NCBI GenBank assembly: GCA_025786725.1
Contig: JAHLTZ010000033.1
Coordinates: 225,376 to 289,375, forward strand
Direction: 5' to 3'
Origin: Syncephalis fuscata S228
Lineage: Eukaryota > Fungi > Zoopagomycota
Length of the DNA: 64,000 nucleotides
The notes below the pieces were generated by a model. That model was not told the DNA's origin. It saw nothing but the letters and a program-made list of their open reading frames with translations, and searched no databases. A program made the position numbers and the translations under genes. Positions 25,343-39,831 of this stretch are shown piece by piece. Every line of letters begins with the position of its first letter. Within the stretch, counting starts at the first letter, position 1.

Positions 25343-27072
25343 TGTGTACATCAGATCATAATTAATAAAATGTTCGTATTACTGTAATAATATTCATACG
25401 AATAAAATATTTAACTAAATAAGCAACTAGTACTATTATTAAATGGGAATATGTCTGTATTTATATGAACGCAACTAATAGTAGTATGTTAATAAATAAG
25501 AAATGCTACATTTATTTATTTATTTAAAGAAATGCATAAATAATGATAGACTAGTACAAACCGAATGACTGTACAGCATACTGTGGCCCTGTTCTTGCCA
25601 AATCTAAATATCGCTTAAATCTATATCTATTGAAGAGGGTCAGTAAACGAGATGAGCTACATGTGCCAATGATGTTTGCTGCTTGACTACACCGCAATAA
25701 GTAGTGGTTGTCCAAACAACATTTGCTCTGCACCATCAGATATCAGATATCTTCAAGCGCAAACCTTATGTCGCCTCAACAGCCAGATACTCAGCAAGGC
25801 AACCTCGCAAACAAACACACGGTAAGCGTACCAATGTTACTATACAAAAGACCAATCAACTATGTGCAGACAAGCGCCTTCTACAGCATGCTGGAGTACA
25901 CACTGCGTGATATATAGCTTCTAGAACACTGCATATCCAGTGCTTCATAGCCAAAAGGCACAACTGCATCGCACCTCCCACGCCCGTTTACCGACCTTAG
26001 TACATATAGCAGCAACCAGCAGCGATCTTGTAATCATTAGACGGCTAGCAAGTGCAAAGCATATTGGACAACAAATGGCAGTAAGGGCGAATGAGTGTAG
26101 CGTATATCGAGTGGTAAAGAGTAGAAAGAGAAGATAAAGATACAATGTTGGTTCGGAGGAGCGGTAAAGTCAGCTTATGTATTGTGATAGTTGTGGAAAA
26201 TGTCGTAATAAAACATGAGTCGTCTAAAACCGTCTATGACCAATGTACTACGCAATTGCTCTTAGTCCTCTGTATAAGCAGCTACAACCATTCCAGTAGA
26301 ATCTTCAGTACATGTAACTATTAGTGTAATATGTAGTAAACCGTGTGTTTTCTTGTACACTTATTGCAAAAGAGTCTATTGCTGTCATTATATTGTCTGA
26401 ACATTAATATTGGTAAGCTCTTTACAACGCAATAAGCTGATGGATTAAATCTAGATTACACGGCTTAACCGACTAAGCGTAAAAATGATCTATGCTAAAC
26501 TTTACATGTAGCATAGCAAGTAAATCTGTCTATTTGGCAATATCAGCTATGGCTTTATTTCAAACAATGCCGATCATTTAGGCGGCACGCAAAGCAGCTA
26601 AATGGGACCAGTTTCAAGCTTGTAGCTACAGTAAATACCAATGGCTTATATGTTGAATACTAATGCAGTCCATCTAATAAAATCTTTAAAGCAAATTGTT
26701 TTTGGCCAAGTTTATTGTTGCTTTTAATTGCGTCAAATAAAATACTCGTACTATTACGACCATATCGTAAATGTGTCTATAATTGGCTTTATGTTTGAGT
26801 AGTTACAAAAGTACATTATGAGTAGTTATAGTAAGTAATTTGCGACATTTTTAACAATCATATACATGGCATTCCTGATCAGTATTCTTTTTTATAATAA
26901 TAGTTTTTGTTTGTAGTAACATTCTTATTTATAATTAATATGTCTTATCAATTTCTAGTATTTGCAGCTATACAATTTCAACAAGCATTAATTGAATTAA
27001 ATGATAACTAGTTTTATATAATATTTGCTATAAAATAAAATGAATACAGTTGACTGGAATAGCTATACATGG

Positions 27073-29219
27073 CTAATTGTCTACTTTTTCCACAGTTACT
27101 ACTGGTAATAATAACGACAGTGGCTGTTGCAATCGGCTAGGAGAAGGTAAAGGCACAATAACCTGTTGCTGGTTACTCCTATTGTTAGCCAAAGTAAACG
27201 GTTCTCTATCAGCATCATCCGTCTCGTCCATTTCTTCTTTACGCCAGCGTAAAAAGCGAGGATATGTGTGCTGGTAAAGTAGGCGAGCCACCTCTTCTTT
27301 CGCCTCTTCCAGTCACGTATTCCGAGCTGGCCTTGACGCGATGCTTGCCTCAATGATTCCCGCACTCGACTTGACAGATTAATTTCATAGGTTGCGTTTG
27401 GTTGCAAGAATAAATAGACAATCTCACGTGTTTCTTCCATAAGTAGCTGAGCATCTACACCATCCGGCGATGCCAATAGTCTATATAATCGATGGCAATG
27501 CTCATAAAACAAAACATGTTCGACACAGTAATTTTTCACAGCAAATTCGCGAAACAATGCCAGTTGACGCCGGTCATCAAGCATCGATAAGAAACGTTGA
27601 TAGCTAGTAGGCGGGGCCATTGTGGCAATGGTCGTTGCCGTGCTTTGTGAGGTAAATGAAAGGGCTGATGCAATTGAGTAGATTGTAGCATGAGTGGAGC
27701 GACGTGGACGCTGGCCCGAAGTATTAGTTCGAGTTTGTGACCTAGAGTTGCCACTACTGGTGGTAGTTTTGCTCGTATTACCAACTTCATCCTCTGGAGT
27801 TACAGCCAGATGCGTTGATGATTCTAATTGTATGGTGGATCCAGCACTTGAAAAAGATGGTCTTTTGACAGGTTTACTAGAGAAATTGATGCGTGGTGCC
27901 ACACTTGGCATCTGTGAACACGGTGTCGTAGGTAAGTATTGCGTAGATGAGGTATTTGCAGTGGCCGATAACAATAAAACAGGCCTTAAAATCAAGAATA
28001 GAAATACAAGTAGCAAACCAATGACATGACATGCTGTGTGGATTAATATCAGTGGTTGCGAATCGAAATATGTAACAGATCTTTGGTTTGCTATTACAGT
28101 AATAGTTATGGCTATTATCAATTGCAAACAGACAATAATAATCGAGCACAACCACTCTGCTGGTGTGAACGTAAGTAGGCCAGTTGGTAAACGCCTTAGT
28201 AGATAGTAAACCCATGGACCGCCTACTATCCATAAAAGTAGTGTAACTGCGTAAATTGGTAATGTTTTCCATCCCAAACCGATCATGCAATCTACAGGTA
28301 TTCCATCATTGCCTGGATATTTCAAAGTGGATTGCAAAGGCCATGCCAATCCTAACATGAGCAGAATTGAAACAGTAATGGCTACAATAGGTAATCTACC
28401 AAGCTGTAGCCATTTGTGAATAGATTGCATTCGATGAGCGTGTACTTTCTGACTTTCCAAGTCCAAATTAACACTATAGTTGCTGGGTGTCTCAGTTACA
28501 CCATATGCTGTAGATGCCTGATTGCCACCAGTAATCTTATTGTCGGCTAATGATACATTTAAAAACTCGTGGCCATTTGAACTTGAATCTTCATCGCTAC
28601 TATTACCAGTTTGATTGATGGAAGAAGCGGAAATGGTGGCCAGGTTCTTTTGCCCTTCCGTCAATCTCGTGGTATTCCACGTGGCTTCAATTGTTGTAGA
28701 TATTGAACTATATATAGATTTGCTTAGCAATGTGTTATCTGGCGATGGGATTGCCGATGCACTGGGCACAGTATCGCTGCTTTGTGCCACATGGTGTGTG
28801 GCGTGTGCACGTCGGCGCCATTCTGCCTCTTTTACAACGCCACACTGTCCCTCCCACGCAAGCCAATAATAGATTGCGCGCGATAAAACAGCAAGTGTCC
28901 AAAGAGGCCATGCAAGGGCAAGAATCCAAAGCCAGCTATTACAGTTAATAGTTGTGGCTGATGGGGATGGTGACTCGGTAAATATAGGTGCTAGAAGGTA
29001 CCAGTTAGTCAATAACCAGTGAGAGGTACAAGCCAGCAGTGTTAACAGCCCGCCGCTGGTGACAACAACCAAATGGCGACGACGGCTGGATACTTGTAAA
29101 GGTTGTGACTGTTGTAGTGGTGAAATATAGCGGTAACGCCATAATAAATTCAAAGTTACAGCATAAAGAACGAGTAAAAGGGCGGCAATAGCCACAAATG
29201 CGATATGTAGGCCCTTCAT
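27073..29219 (-). CDS. Multi-pass membrane protein with C-terminal RGS domain (7TM-RGS/GprK-like), intronless; 1-nt deletion near 27311
   Basis: About 7 hydrophobic segments followed by RGS motifs FREFAVKNYCVEHVLFY..C and FLQPNATYEINLS. The RGS tail LEEAKEEVARLLYQHTYPRFL lies in the adjacent frame (ORF 27073..27291). Confidence 0.88.
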
Positions 29220-30333
29220 TCGTTAAAATTGAATATAAAGTAATATAGAAGAATAGCTAGAAGAAAAGAAATCGAAACAAACGACTCTGACTATTAAGAA
29301 ATAGACGACCGTGCGCCGTGCAGAGTTAGAGGCGATGGAATAATGGAAAGGAGTACACTGCTTGTATACAAGCAACCGCCCAGTAAAAAGCAGAAGACTA
29401 TATGAATTATAAAAACGACAATCGATAGAAAGAAACGAGAAAAACAAAAGAAATGCCGTTTAAGGCTGTGTAGATTCAGTTCAAGCTGACGGATTATTTG
29501 TCCAGCGTGTGTGTGTGTGTGCGCGTGTACAGGTACAAACTAGTTTGGGCCACCTACGAATTAGGCCAGCTTTGACCAAATGGGCTTCATGTGATTGCCC
29601 TGCTGGCTACAAGGTTGGTTGTCTTTAAAGACCGCTTGGCAATCATTTAGATGTTATAGAAAGTACTCCTATATAACTGCCGAGCAATAATTATTTGATA
29701 CATCAAAGCACAGCACAACCTTGTAGTTACAATATAGGTTATATGGGTACCTTTAAGGGAGGTAATACTAAGAAGATGGCAAATACTATGATATTAAAAT
29801 TGTTCCAAATGTATTGTTGTTTATCTAATGGCTTATTGACGAATGGTCATTGTTGTAGTATAGCTACGGTCTAACAAAAAACATATATTTATTAAATACA
29901 ACATTGTTGCTACACAGCATTTGATATTAAAAATGACAAAATGTATTATTATCAGAGCGGAAATACAAGATATGTAACCGAATAATTTAATAGTAGTTTG
30001 CTACAACTAGAAAATAGCCATGCTGTCTTTGCATGGTCACTCAGCTGTACAAAGGAAACAGCCAGATTATTGGTGGCATCTGCATTTACGTGCATGAATT
30101 TGTTGTGTATATCGATGAAAGCTAAATATAACATCTATAACTACCAATCCTATCATAGTGATAATCATTAGCAACAACAGTGACAACAGTGACAACAACA
30201 GCGCTGATCAATAAACAGGCTACATACTAGTTTCCCCCAAATAAGCTACATTCTACTCTTTACTCATTTACATCATATTCTACTCATCTACACTCTTGTC
30301 CATTTTAAATAACATATTTACTATATTTACACT

Positions 30334-31965
30334 ATGCGGCAACTCTATTTGCTTGGTGCACTGCTTCTAGCCGTGCCGGTGTATGGCAATCTTCGTTGGA
30401 AATCAACGTCCATGCGACAGACGGTTTTCCAACAGCCAGAAGCCATTATGAACGATATCATGCCGCTGCTAAACGAGAAAGTTACCGACGATCAGTCTCA
30501 AAGCTTCAAACAACTTAAAGAAGACACTAGCCCAGCCGAGCTGTTTTCTGTGCCTCCTGGTGAAAAGGCAGTCAAGACGCTGCGCCAAGAAGGCGACAGC
30601 ACAGTGCTCACACTATCCAATGTACCTGGATATTCAATCCAGTTTAAAGAACCAAAGCTATGCGACTCCACAGTCAAACAATACTCTGGCTATCTTAACG
30701 TAAAGGACGATAAGCACTTTTTCTTCTGGTTCTTTGAATCGCGCACTTCGCCAACCAAAGATCCATTGGCACTATGGCTCAACGGAGGTCCAGGCTGTTC
30801 CTCTATGCTTGGATTGTTCATGGAATTGGGCCCATGCATAGTAAATGAGAGCGGTAACGACACACGACCAAATCCATCCAGCTGGAATACTGCAGCCAAT
30901 GTTATTTTCTTGGATCAGGTAATTTCTTGGACAATAAGCTAGATTTGCTATACTAACGGTCATTACTATTAAATATAGCCAATAAACGTTGGTTACTCTT
31001 ACGGTAACGGTGTTTCCACCTCTGACGATGCGGCCAAAGACGTTTATGCTTTTTTGCAACTGTTTTATGAAGCATTTCCGAAATTCCACAAGAATGACTT
31101 CCACGTTTTCGGCGAATCATACGGCGGACACTACGTACCAGCCATTGGTGATGAAATCCGTCGTCGTAACCATGATGCTACTAAAGATGGTTACCATACA
31201 GTTCCACTTCAAAGCATTGGTGTAGGTAATGGCCTTACTGATCCGTTGGTCCAATACAAGTACTACTCTAAAATGGCTTGTGAAAACTCGTATGGACCAG
31301 TGTTGAGCAAGAGCGAGTGTAAACAAATGGACGATGCCTATCCTACTTGCGCTCGACTCATTAACTTCTGCTACAAATATCCATCATCATTCACTTGTGT
31401 TCCACCGTCGGCCTATTGCAACAAGCGTATTCTTGAGCCGTATATGCTTACTGGTTACAATCCATATGATGTCCGTGCTAAGTGCCCAGACAACACGCCA
31501 CTATGCTACACCGAGATTGAAGCCATTGAGAAGTACCTTAACTTGCCTCATATTATCCGAGAAGTTGGTGCCAAAGTTGACAAGTTTGAGAAATGCAGCA
31601 CAAATATCTATCAGCGCTTTTCTACATCTGGCGATTGGATGCGCCCTTATGTTAATAAGATCCCCAAGCTACTTGAGGAAGGCATTCGCGTGCTGATCTA
31701 TGCTGGTGATGCCGACTACATTTGCAACTGGATGGGCAACAAAGCATGGACCGTTGATCTTGAATGGTACGGTAAGGCACGTTTTGCCTCTTCAAAGGAT
31801 AAGCCATGGGTTGTCGATGGACAAGAGGCTGGTGAAGCGCGCGAAGGTGGCCTATTGACCTTCCTACGTGTTTATAAAGCCGGTCATATGGTTCCATATG
31901 ATCAGCCAACTAATGCACTTGATATGTTCAATCGGTGGTTGAACAAGAAGAGCTACATTGTTTAA
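30334..31965 (+). CDS. PRC1: Serine carboxypeptidase S10 (carboxypeptidase Y-like), one intron 30919-30978
   Basis: Signal peptide; [28 protein letters not shown]|[36 protein letters not shown]. Confidence 0.95.
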
Positions 31966-32394
31966 ATGCTTTTAAGCTTTCATTAGCTCCATTTTTGTGT
32001 TTACAAAGAATAAAGTATTAATTGTCTAATAAATATGACTGTGCACTGATTGCAATTGCTAATGGCTGCGTGCGCTGAAATATCATGTAAATACAGCTTA
32101 TAGATGTCAATTACATTTAAAAATAATATAATAATTTATTTATATAATTATTATTAAGCGATTGATTAGCTATTTAATATGATTTGGTGACCAAATAACT
32201 ACACTTAATAACATTTGTAATTTGAACTAGATATTTGTTCTATTGAGCATGATGGTGGGTAGTGAATGGCATTAAAGTTTAAAACACTTATGATTATAGA
32301 TGCATTATCCAGTATGCACATATTCTTTATTAGCTTATATTATTAACAGTGTATGTCTATATTATTATATATTATTCTGCTACACTAAATACGT

Positions 32395-32845
32395 CATATT
32401 GCTATAAGTTTTAATTACATATAGCTTGTTAAATGAATAAGCGGAATTAGTCAACTTTTGTTAATAATAAAGCTAGAATAAATAAATAGTTTTGAATAGA
32501 GAAAGGCTAGGTGAGTATAGAATGATATATAAAATGATAAATGTACGGTAAAAAAGCATATAAAACGATATCAAAGCTATGTGCAAATAACGTAATAAGT
32601 AGAGTAAATAAAGTGTATTGGATTATATAACAATTAGAATATGTCTAGTATAGAATGGAATGATATATAGTAGTGTGGGACAGAATGGGAATAATGTAAG
32701 CAAATAGAGGATATATGCGTACTGGATAATGAATTTATGATGACGAGTATTTAATGGTTAATGTCATTCACCATACATCATCACGTTCAATAGATTTGAA
32801 TGTTATTAGATGTAGTCACTTAACACTAAATCACACAAAATAATA
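32395..32845 (+). repeat. Dispersed repeat, copy 2 (copy 1 at 20395-20885)
   Basis: See copy 1. Confidence 0.85.
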
Positions 32846-32879
32846 CTAATAAATATATGAACAAAATATAAAATAAAAT

Positions 32880-33200
32880 TTTCAAGCCATTCTAAAATAA
32901 TGCGGTACATATAACATGGCAACTATTGCAGACAACAAAGACATCAAACAAACCCTTTTAAACCATCTTCTTAAAATACTATGTACTAATTATAGTATGG
33001 CAACTATTGTAGATAACAAAGACAGTAAAAAACTTTAGACCCATTTTTAGAACATTGTAATGTATGTGACATGGCAGCTATTGTGAATAACAAAAAAAGT
33101 AGACAAACCTTTTAGACCACATTTTTAGAATTGTGTAGTGTATATGGCATGGCAGCTCTACGCGTCACCATGGCTGTTTTGTAAATTAAAAAAGATAAAC
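32880..33200 (+). repeat. Degenerate minisatellite with ~74-81 bp units
   Basis: ATGGCA[AG]CT starts at 32916, 32997, 33071 and 33149. The first three continue ATTG..A.AACAAA..and TTTA[AG]ACC. Confidence 0.85.
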
Positions 33201-33568
33201 AATTATAGCGTGTATTCATAATAATTCATGCCAGATGCGTATTCGAATATATACATTACAGTTTTTAGAAATTCAATTGTATTTGGACTAGTAGTTTATT
33301 CATAGAGCAACAGTTAATTAAGCGATTTGTATAACATTATTTTTATTAATTAAACAAAAATAACCTTTTTTATACATATTAATCTGTTGCATCCATCGGC
33401 GTTCAAATTGACGATTTTTAAAACAAAGTTTATTTTAATAGTTTTAAGCTGATTCTCGTAAGTATTTTGAAATTATATTTGATATGCTAAAGGATCAATA
33501 ATTAAACAATGTGTTCGGCCATATAAAGTTGTTGCCAATGGATATACCAAGTATGTGTATATTTGTGC

Positions 33569-35148
33569 TTAAAGTGCACTATGATTCATCAATGTTATAA
33601 GTGATTTGTCTTTACGATAGATGATACTAGTGTTCATAGAGAATTTGAAATTGTCGTCATTCCTGTCATGAAATTCCTGTAGCAGCTCGCTGGCTTTCAT
33701 ATCAAGTAATATATAAGTCAACGATCCATCATCTTCTTTTGCGCAAACAAAAAAAAGATCTCCAATGACGTGATCATACTTTTCTACAATAGACCAATCA
33801 ATTGCGTTATTGAAAACAAGACCATCTCCGCGTTGTACCAGCAACTCATAGTCTATGGTTGGTCTTTTCTGATTGCCATGTTTGCTCGACAGATGAATAA
33901 CCTGGTCTGACAATTTTAAAATTCTTTCTAGCTTGATATTCCAATTTTTAGTCAGTAAAATGGTATGTATAAATGTTTGCTTCTTTTGTTGATACACCTG
34001 TCTGTCCTCCTCTAATATAGGTGAATGTAATACATCTGCTGCAATTTCAATGTGTGGAAATTCATAGGATACAGCATCAATGTGGTTTAGTATACATTCC
34101 ATATTAACTACTCCTGTTTTTAGTATCTTGGGCTTATTGCTTTGTAAAATTATATGCAAATTCCATTCTATCATGCCCTGGTAGGTGTCTATAATTTTTG
34201 CGGTATAAATGATGACTGAAGTGCAAGTGGCCTCATAAATACATGCAATGTTAAGCTCGCCAGCAAGTGCTATAAAAAATATTTGCTTTTTCTCCATATT
34301 AAGCACTGCAAACTCTGTCATAGTTTGTATTCTGCTAGGTAATTTAAATAGCGCCCATTGCCCGTTGATTGCTATGCAGCTCGCACCAAAAGGTATATAT
34401 ATGGTATATCGGAGTTTGTAGTCTTTACGGGTATAAACGTTTACCGCAGTGGACCTCTGGAACTGGGACAATATAATTATAAATCGATCGCTTATGTGTA
34501 GATTTGGATACTGCTTCTCGTTGAAATTATAATCAAATGTGTCAATATTTATATAACCTGAAATTTGGCTCAGGTTTAATTTTTTTGTTTTGTCTAAATT
34601 AGAGTCTTGGAAATCTGCCATAAAGGTAGCAGTTTCAATAAAAGCATATACATACTTTTTCTTTCTTTCGTTATAATATATATTTCAGTATAGTACGGCA
34701 ATATTGTTGCACATTCTTTAGGTGGTTTTAATAAAACAATTTTTGCATTTTCTGGAAGGTGGGCTGTGACTTCGTTAAAGCGATCACGGCGCCAGTTTTG
34801 CTCAGTAATTATACGTTGGCGATAAACATCATACCAATCAACATCGCAAAGTAATGCATCCGATTCCATTGGTATTGAATTGATGTCAAAATAGTTCCGA
34901 GCACAGCAATAAACAAAATCCCATTCTTTAATTCTGTGATAACCGTTTAGAAAAGACTGAAAATAAACACGTTTCCATAATTCTTTGTTACAATAAAGTC
35001 GGCTTCTTAAAAATCGAGAGCTTGTAGCTAATCGAACTCCTGCACCGCCCGAATACATGATGATGGTTGCAAAACGATTTAAATCAAGACGGTCCATAAC
35101 AGCTAACAGCTTCATAAAAGGCGGCTCTTCATCGATTGCAAGTGTCAT
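33569..35148 (-). CDS. Third family-A F-box-like/beta-propeller gene, intronless; 1-nt deletion in A-run 34640-34643
   Basis: KLLAVMDRL..LWKRVY..FLNG.HRIKEWDFVY.CAR..IPMES.ALL..DW.D.YR.R..TE.NWR is homologous to 611..2128. Also shares SDRFII, YKLRYT, INGQW, IEW.L, IGDLF and the ..SAL* end. Confidence 0.8.
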
Positions 35149-36292
35149 GGTCGTTTGAGTCGAGTGTTGTACGATGATATTGCTGGTGATAATTTGCAAT
35201 CGAGGCAATTGCTTTTATAGATTTAAAATATTTTAATGTTAATAGCAATTTAAACGCTTTGACTCAACTGTAGATTAGTTGAAATAAATGTGCATCATTT
35301 GTTGTGTAACAGCGGCTTTGTCGTTATTCATTAAAAACTGTGACTGTCTTTGTGGCGTTGTCTCTAAAACTCCTCGATTATCAATAGATTAAAATCAACT
35401 TTGTATTCACTCATTTCTTTCAAATCACATTGTTGAGAAATACCATTATGGATTAGAAACATTATTGTGTTCTATTATCGTTACATTAACATATAATAGT
35501 GCAACAAACCCGTACATTTATAAATTCTATTGTTTTACATTGTCTTGGCGTTTATTTTTATATTTACGCCAATGTAACATATTTATAAATGTGCTTGGTT
35601 CCTATAAAGAAACCAACAAACACTGGAATATATTCACACAGTCTAAGTTTACATAGTGTTTGTAACTGATTATTAGAGTATTTTGTTTGTGACGAAGGGC
35701 CTTGATTCCAAATTACATACTAATTGCATAAATACATCTTTAACATCTCCTCAATGCAGTTAATCACAATAACAGCTGGCTATTTCATTGAGTACACAGT
35801 TTTTTATTAGTTTTTGATTGTAGTAAACGTTTTAAAAAACTAATCTGCGTTATTGACGTTTCATAGCTATTGATTGGTAGTGGCGAGCTCTGATTTTATT
35901 AACTTTTGTTTCATTATACATTTTGAGTAAGATGCTATACACAATCAAATTTATTAATAGTCAATAGTACATAGCGTTTAATCTTACACAGAAACTATGT
36001 AACGCTTGTTGAGCAATACAAATAGTTGTAATGAATAACAATAAATGACAAAATCTAAATGAAACAGTTGTTTATTGTATACTGTATCGATATGCTTTAA
36101 TCAATGGATACTAGCTGCTATGCATATTGATGTGTATGGTTTTGCCATTGTAGCGTCCCCATTAAATAATATTTTATTATTTCAAACGTCTATTGTTGTA
36201 AACTACTTTTTTTGCAAAATGTGTAAATCAAACAAAAGCTTTATTGTACCGTGAACATAATAGTGTTTAATAAAACAAACATATTTTAGAAC

Positions 36293-39013
36293 TTAGGCCG
36301 GCGGAAGAGCTGATCGACATGCCGGACATTCCATCTTAATGCGCATCCACTAAGTACAATCATTTTTGTTAACGTCAATGTTGTAGAATAAACGCTTTTA
36401 TTTACCTGTTCCAAACATGCCGTATGGAAAAGATGGTCACACGGGGTGAGCATGTAGGCATTGCGCGCCAATCGTGCCCCAGGTGCACCATCGCTGCTGA
36501 CCGCCTCCACGGGTCTCATACAAATACAACAGTCGCGCGGTTCTGCTGCAGCCTCCACATCATCGGATGACGGCATTATAGGATGATAGTCGTATATTTC
36601 GGGTAGGAACTATCATAAGCATGATTAGTGACCTGCTTTGTCTCTACAATAGATGTTACTTACACGTTGCGGAACCAGGAAACGTGGTCCAAATTTGTCT
36701 TGAATACACAAAACAATTATTTGTAGTGCATTATACCCTATTAATGCCCAGATCCAAGGTGATGCCCGATGATAAACCAAATTGTCAGGACAGCCAAAGA
36801 TGTCTAAATGTATTGTATGTTATTATTGTTTCTAGTAGCTGTTTATTATTTAAACTTACAGAATGGATAAACAAGGCGTGTGATTGTCATGCCAAATAAA
36901 AACCGCCTATTAATTATAAAATGACAATAAGTTATATAGTCTTAGTTGAATTAACTTGCAGGCTAAATACTTACTTTTGAAACGGCTTACGTGTGCCACG
37001 TCGAATATTGCGCCAGGCCTGAGGCCACCACGAAGAATGTGCAATAAAGAATCCAATACCAAGAACAACCTCTTGATAAGCTACAGATTGGGCGCCAGCC
37101 AACCAGTAGATTATGAGGGCGCAAATAGCCGATATGTCTAAAAATCATGGCGTCAGGTATTTCTTGCAGCTTAGTTAATACTAAAATATGCTATTCAACT
37201 TACAGAATTGAACATACGCCGCTCTGTAATCTCTATCGCTATCGCTAGACAGCTGCTGTATCCTACGAATTACACCCCAGTAGCGCACCTCATAGATGGT
37301 CATAAGCACAAGGGAGAAGAATGCTGCAACCAATACGGGCAAAAAGACTTTATCTAATCCATACAATTAATAAATATTACAATGCAATTTAATTGTTAAT
37401 TTTTCATTATCGCCATCAGCTTACGTAATACAAGTGCAGCAGTTAACAAGCCAATACATATAAATCCATCCATAACACACTGAAGAGTAATTGTCCAGTA
37501 GGCAATCTTGGTAATTCCCTAATTAAATGTGCCACGTCAATAGGTTAGAAGCTAGTCGATGCAATTATTGCTCGTCACTTACTGCTGGCGTTTGTGTATA
37601 CTCCATTTGGCTAATGATTAAAAATAGCTGAACAACTCCAACCTAATAATTATGTAAATAAAAACGCTATTCTCAATATTTATTAACCTACAATAGTTGC
37701 TAAAATCGACAGTAAAGTGACTCGATTGTAGAATTCTGCAACTAGCAGGCCATTCATCTTCTTAGCGGTAATCTCAATACCACAGTTAGTTGAATATGTC
37801 AATATATTCGCCTCCAATGGTGGCGGTGAACTCATTACAGGTACACCCGTGGGATGTTGTAACTCTACATATTAATAAGCACCGCTGATCTATCTGATCA
37901 TTATTCTCTTACCTTTTTCATACTCTAATACATCATTTAAAGCAATATCAAGTGGAATGGGCTTTAGTTGCAAATACATTCGAAGAGTGCACCGAGTTTC
38001 CTCGGTTATCAACTGATCCTCTGTAGATATACTACATATTAGCGCCTATTAAATAAATCATGTAATCAGTAATACATACGAATAGGTTGAATCCCTTGAC
38101 CGGCTTTTAATCGATTTTCAAGATCATCCATTCGTTTTTGATAAATACCCAGTAATACACTTTTAGTGTTATTAAACATATTCTCATTAAGCATAAGTGA
38201 CGTGATGTTACTGGCCTCTGCCGTACTAATAACATAAATGCAATTTCAAACAATTAACGTTTATATTCGATTTTATACACACAACTTACTTGTTAGGCGT
38301 GCCTACAAGAAATACAGTACCGTTCTTTTGATAATGTAGACCTTCTAGATAAAAGAATACACCTCGATCACTCTCCCGCCTATTATCAAGTCGAATGCCA
38401 CCCTAGTATGATTATTTTTAATTATTCCTATGCTTATTTTGATCTAATAAAAGTGCTTACCTCAATAAAAGCTACAGTGTTATTTTCTGTAGGATAGCTC
38501 GAAAGTGACAAAATAGCATTGCCGGAACTATTAAACAGAAATCTACCACGATCACTTTCATTAAGCTTAACGTGTTCAGAATGATGAAACTCGACTTCTT
38601 CACCGTGCCATTCACCTTGATAACATATTTGTTATGTAACTGTTTAGTATTTACAATAAATAAATCAAAACCCTCCCACTTACCACGAAATGTGCTCGTT
38701 ATATTTTGATAATAGCGTCCGTGTACTTTTTTATTATCTTGCCCAAGTAAATCATAAATATTGTTTTTCATTGGATTTGGTAAAATCTATATAATTGTTA
38801 TATTGTATCAATACTATTAATATATATATATATACACTTTACCTTGATATTGTCGCTATTGTATGTTTCATTGTGCAATGTTTCAGTTAAGTTACGTGTT
38901 TCTTCGATAATCCGTTTCAATTCATCCCGTCCTGCATCCTCGCCTCGTAGATTAAGAATAATCAAAAGAATAAAGAATAGAAAGACTATATAATTGCCGG
39001 TCTGCGGTTCCAT
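36293..39013 (-). CDS. TUL1: Golgi transmembrane RING-H2 E3 ligase (Tul1/Dsc1 family), many exons
   Basis: YYQNITSTFRG.W luminal motif, multiple TM exons, FLPEIYDYHP, and RING DCCICM..YMLTPCDHLFHTACLEQ|WMRIKMECPACRSALPPA*. Confidence 0.9.
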
Positions 39014-39831
39014 AGTCTATGGCTGTCACCGTTCAATATTTGCCGTAAGTAGGCCTGTTTAAGCGTTTATCTCTCTGGTTTTAAACAGTATCTGTTTAAA
39101 GTAAAATATAAATCGATTTGCTACTATCGCTATTGCCACTGCTACTAATAATGTTGTCGTTGTAATTTTTGCTGACTTTTTACCACTGTTGCTATTGTAA
39201 CCAGCGTAAAAAGTGTACAGAGCGCAGACGGTAAAGACAGCCTGCCGTTCACCGCTAATCCCCGTAAATGCTATTACCATAAACTGTCCAGACAACCAAT
39301 TCAGTCAGGCTTAGCAAAACGAGAAAAGGAGAAACGCACAAAGATAAGGATAGACGACGGATGCGGTGTTGAAGAATTAAAGGAGTCAAGGGATGACGGA
39401 AGTAATGCGCATTGTAGAAGTTTTGTATGGGTGTCTTGCCAAATAAATCACGTGATTCCGCAATTACCCCTTTGGTCATCAATTAATGTTGTGCACAGAC
39501 AGCCAATAAATAATAACACTATAAAATACATGAACATCGACATGTGCCTAGCCTAGGGGCTATGGAAAAATTATATGAATAGCTCAATCAACCAGCTAAT
39601 GGATTGGGCTTAACTTCCATTACGGCTATCGTTGCTTTACCGTCTTATTGCTACATTTAGTACTGTTCATACTTATTTGCGCTATTACTTGGCATAAATT
39701 ACATTGCTTTTCTTACCAAGGCGCTGATTATTACTAAGTTTATATTACACACCATACTATTAAGTATTTGTGTAATTCAACAGCTGTTTAAGCTATTATT
39801 GTTTATTCTTCGTCCAGATACTTTGCTAAAA

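Noticed and set aside
32880-33200. CRISPR-like repeat-spacer array
   Set aside because: Units are homologous along their whole length (no unique spacers), the repeats are degenerate, the context is eukaryotic and there are no cas genes.
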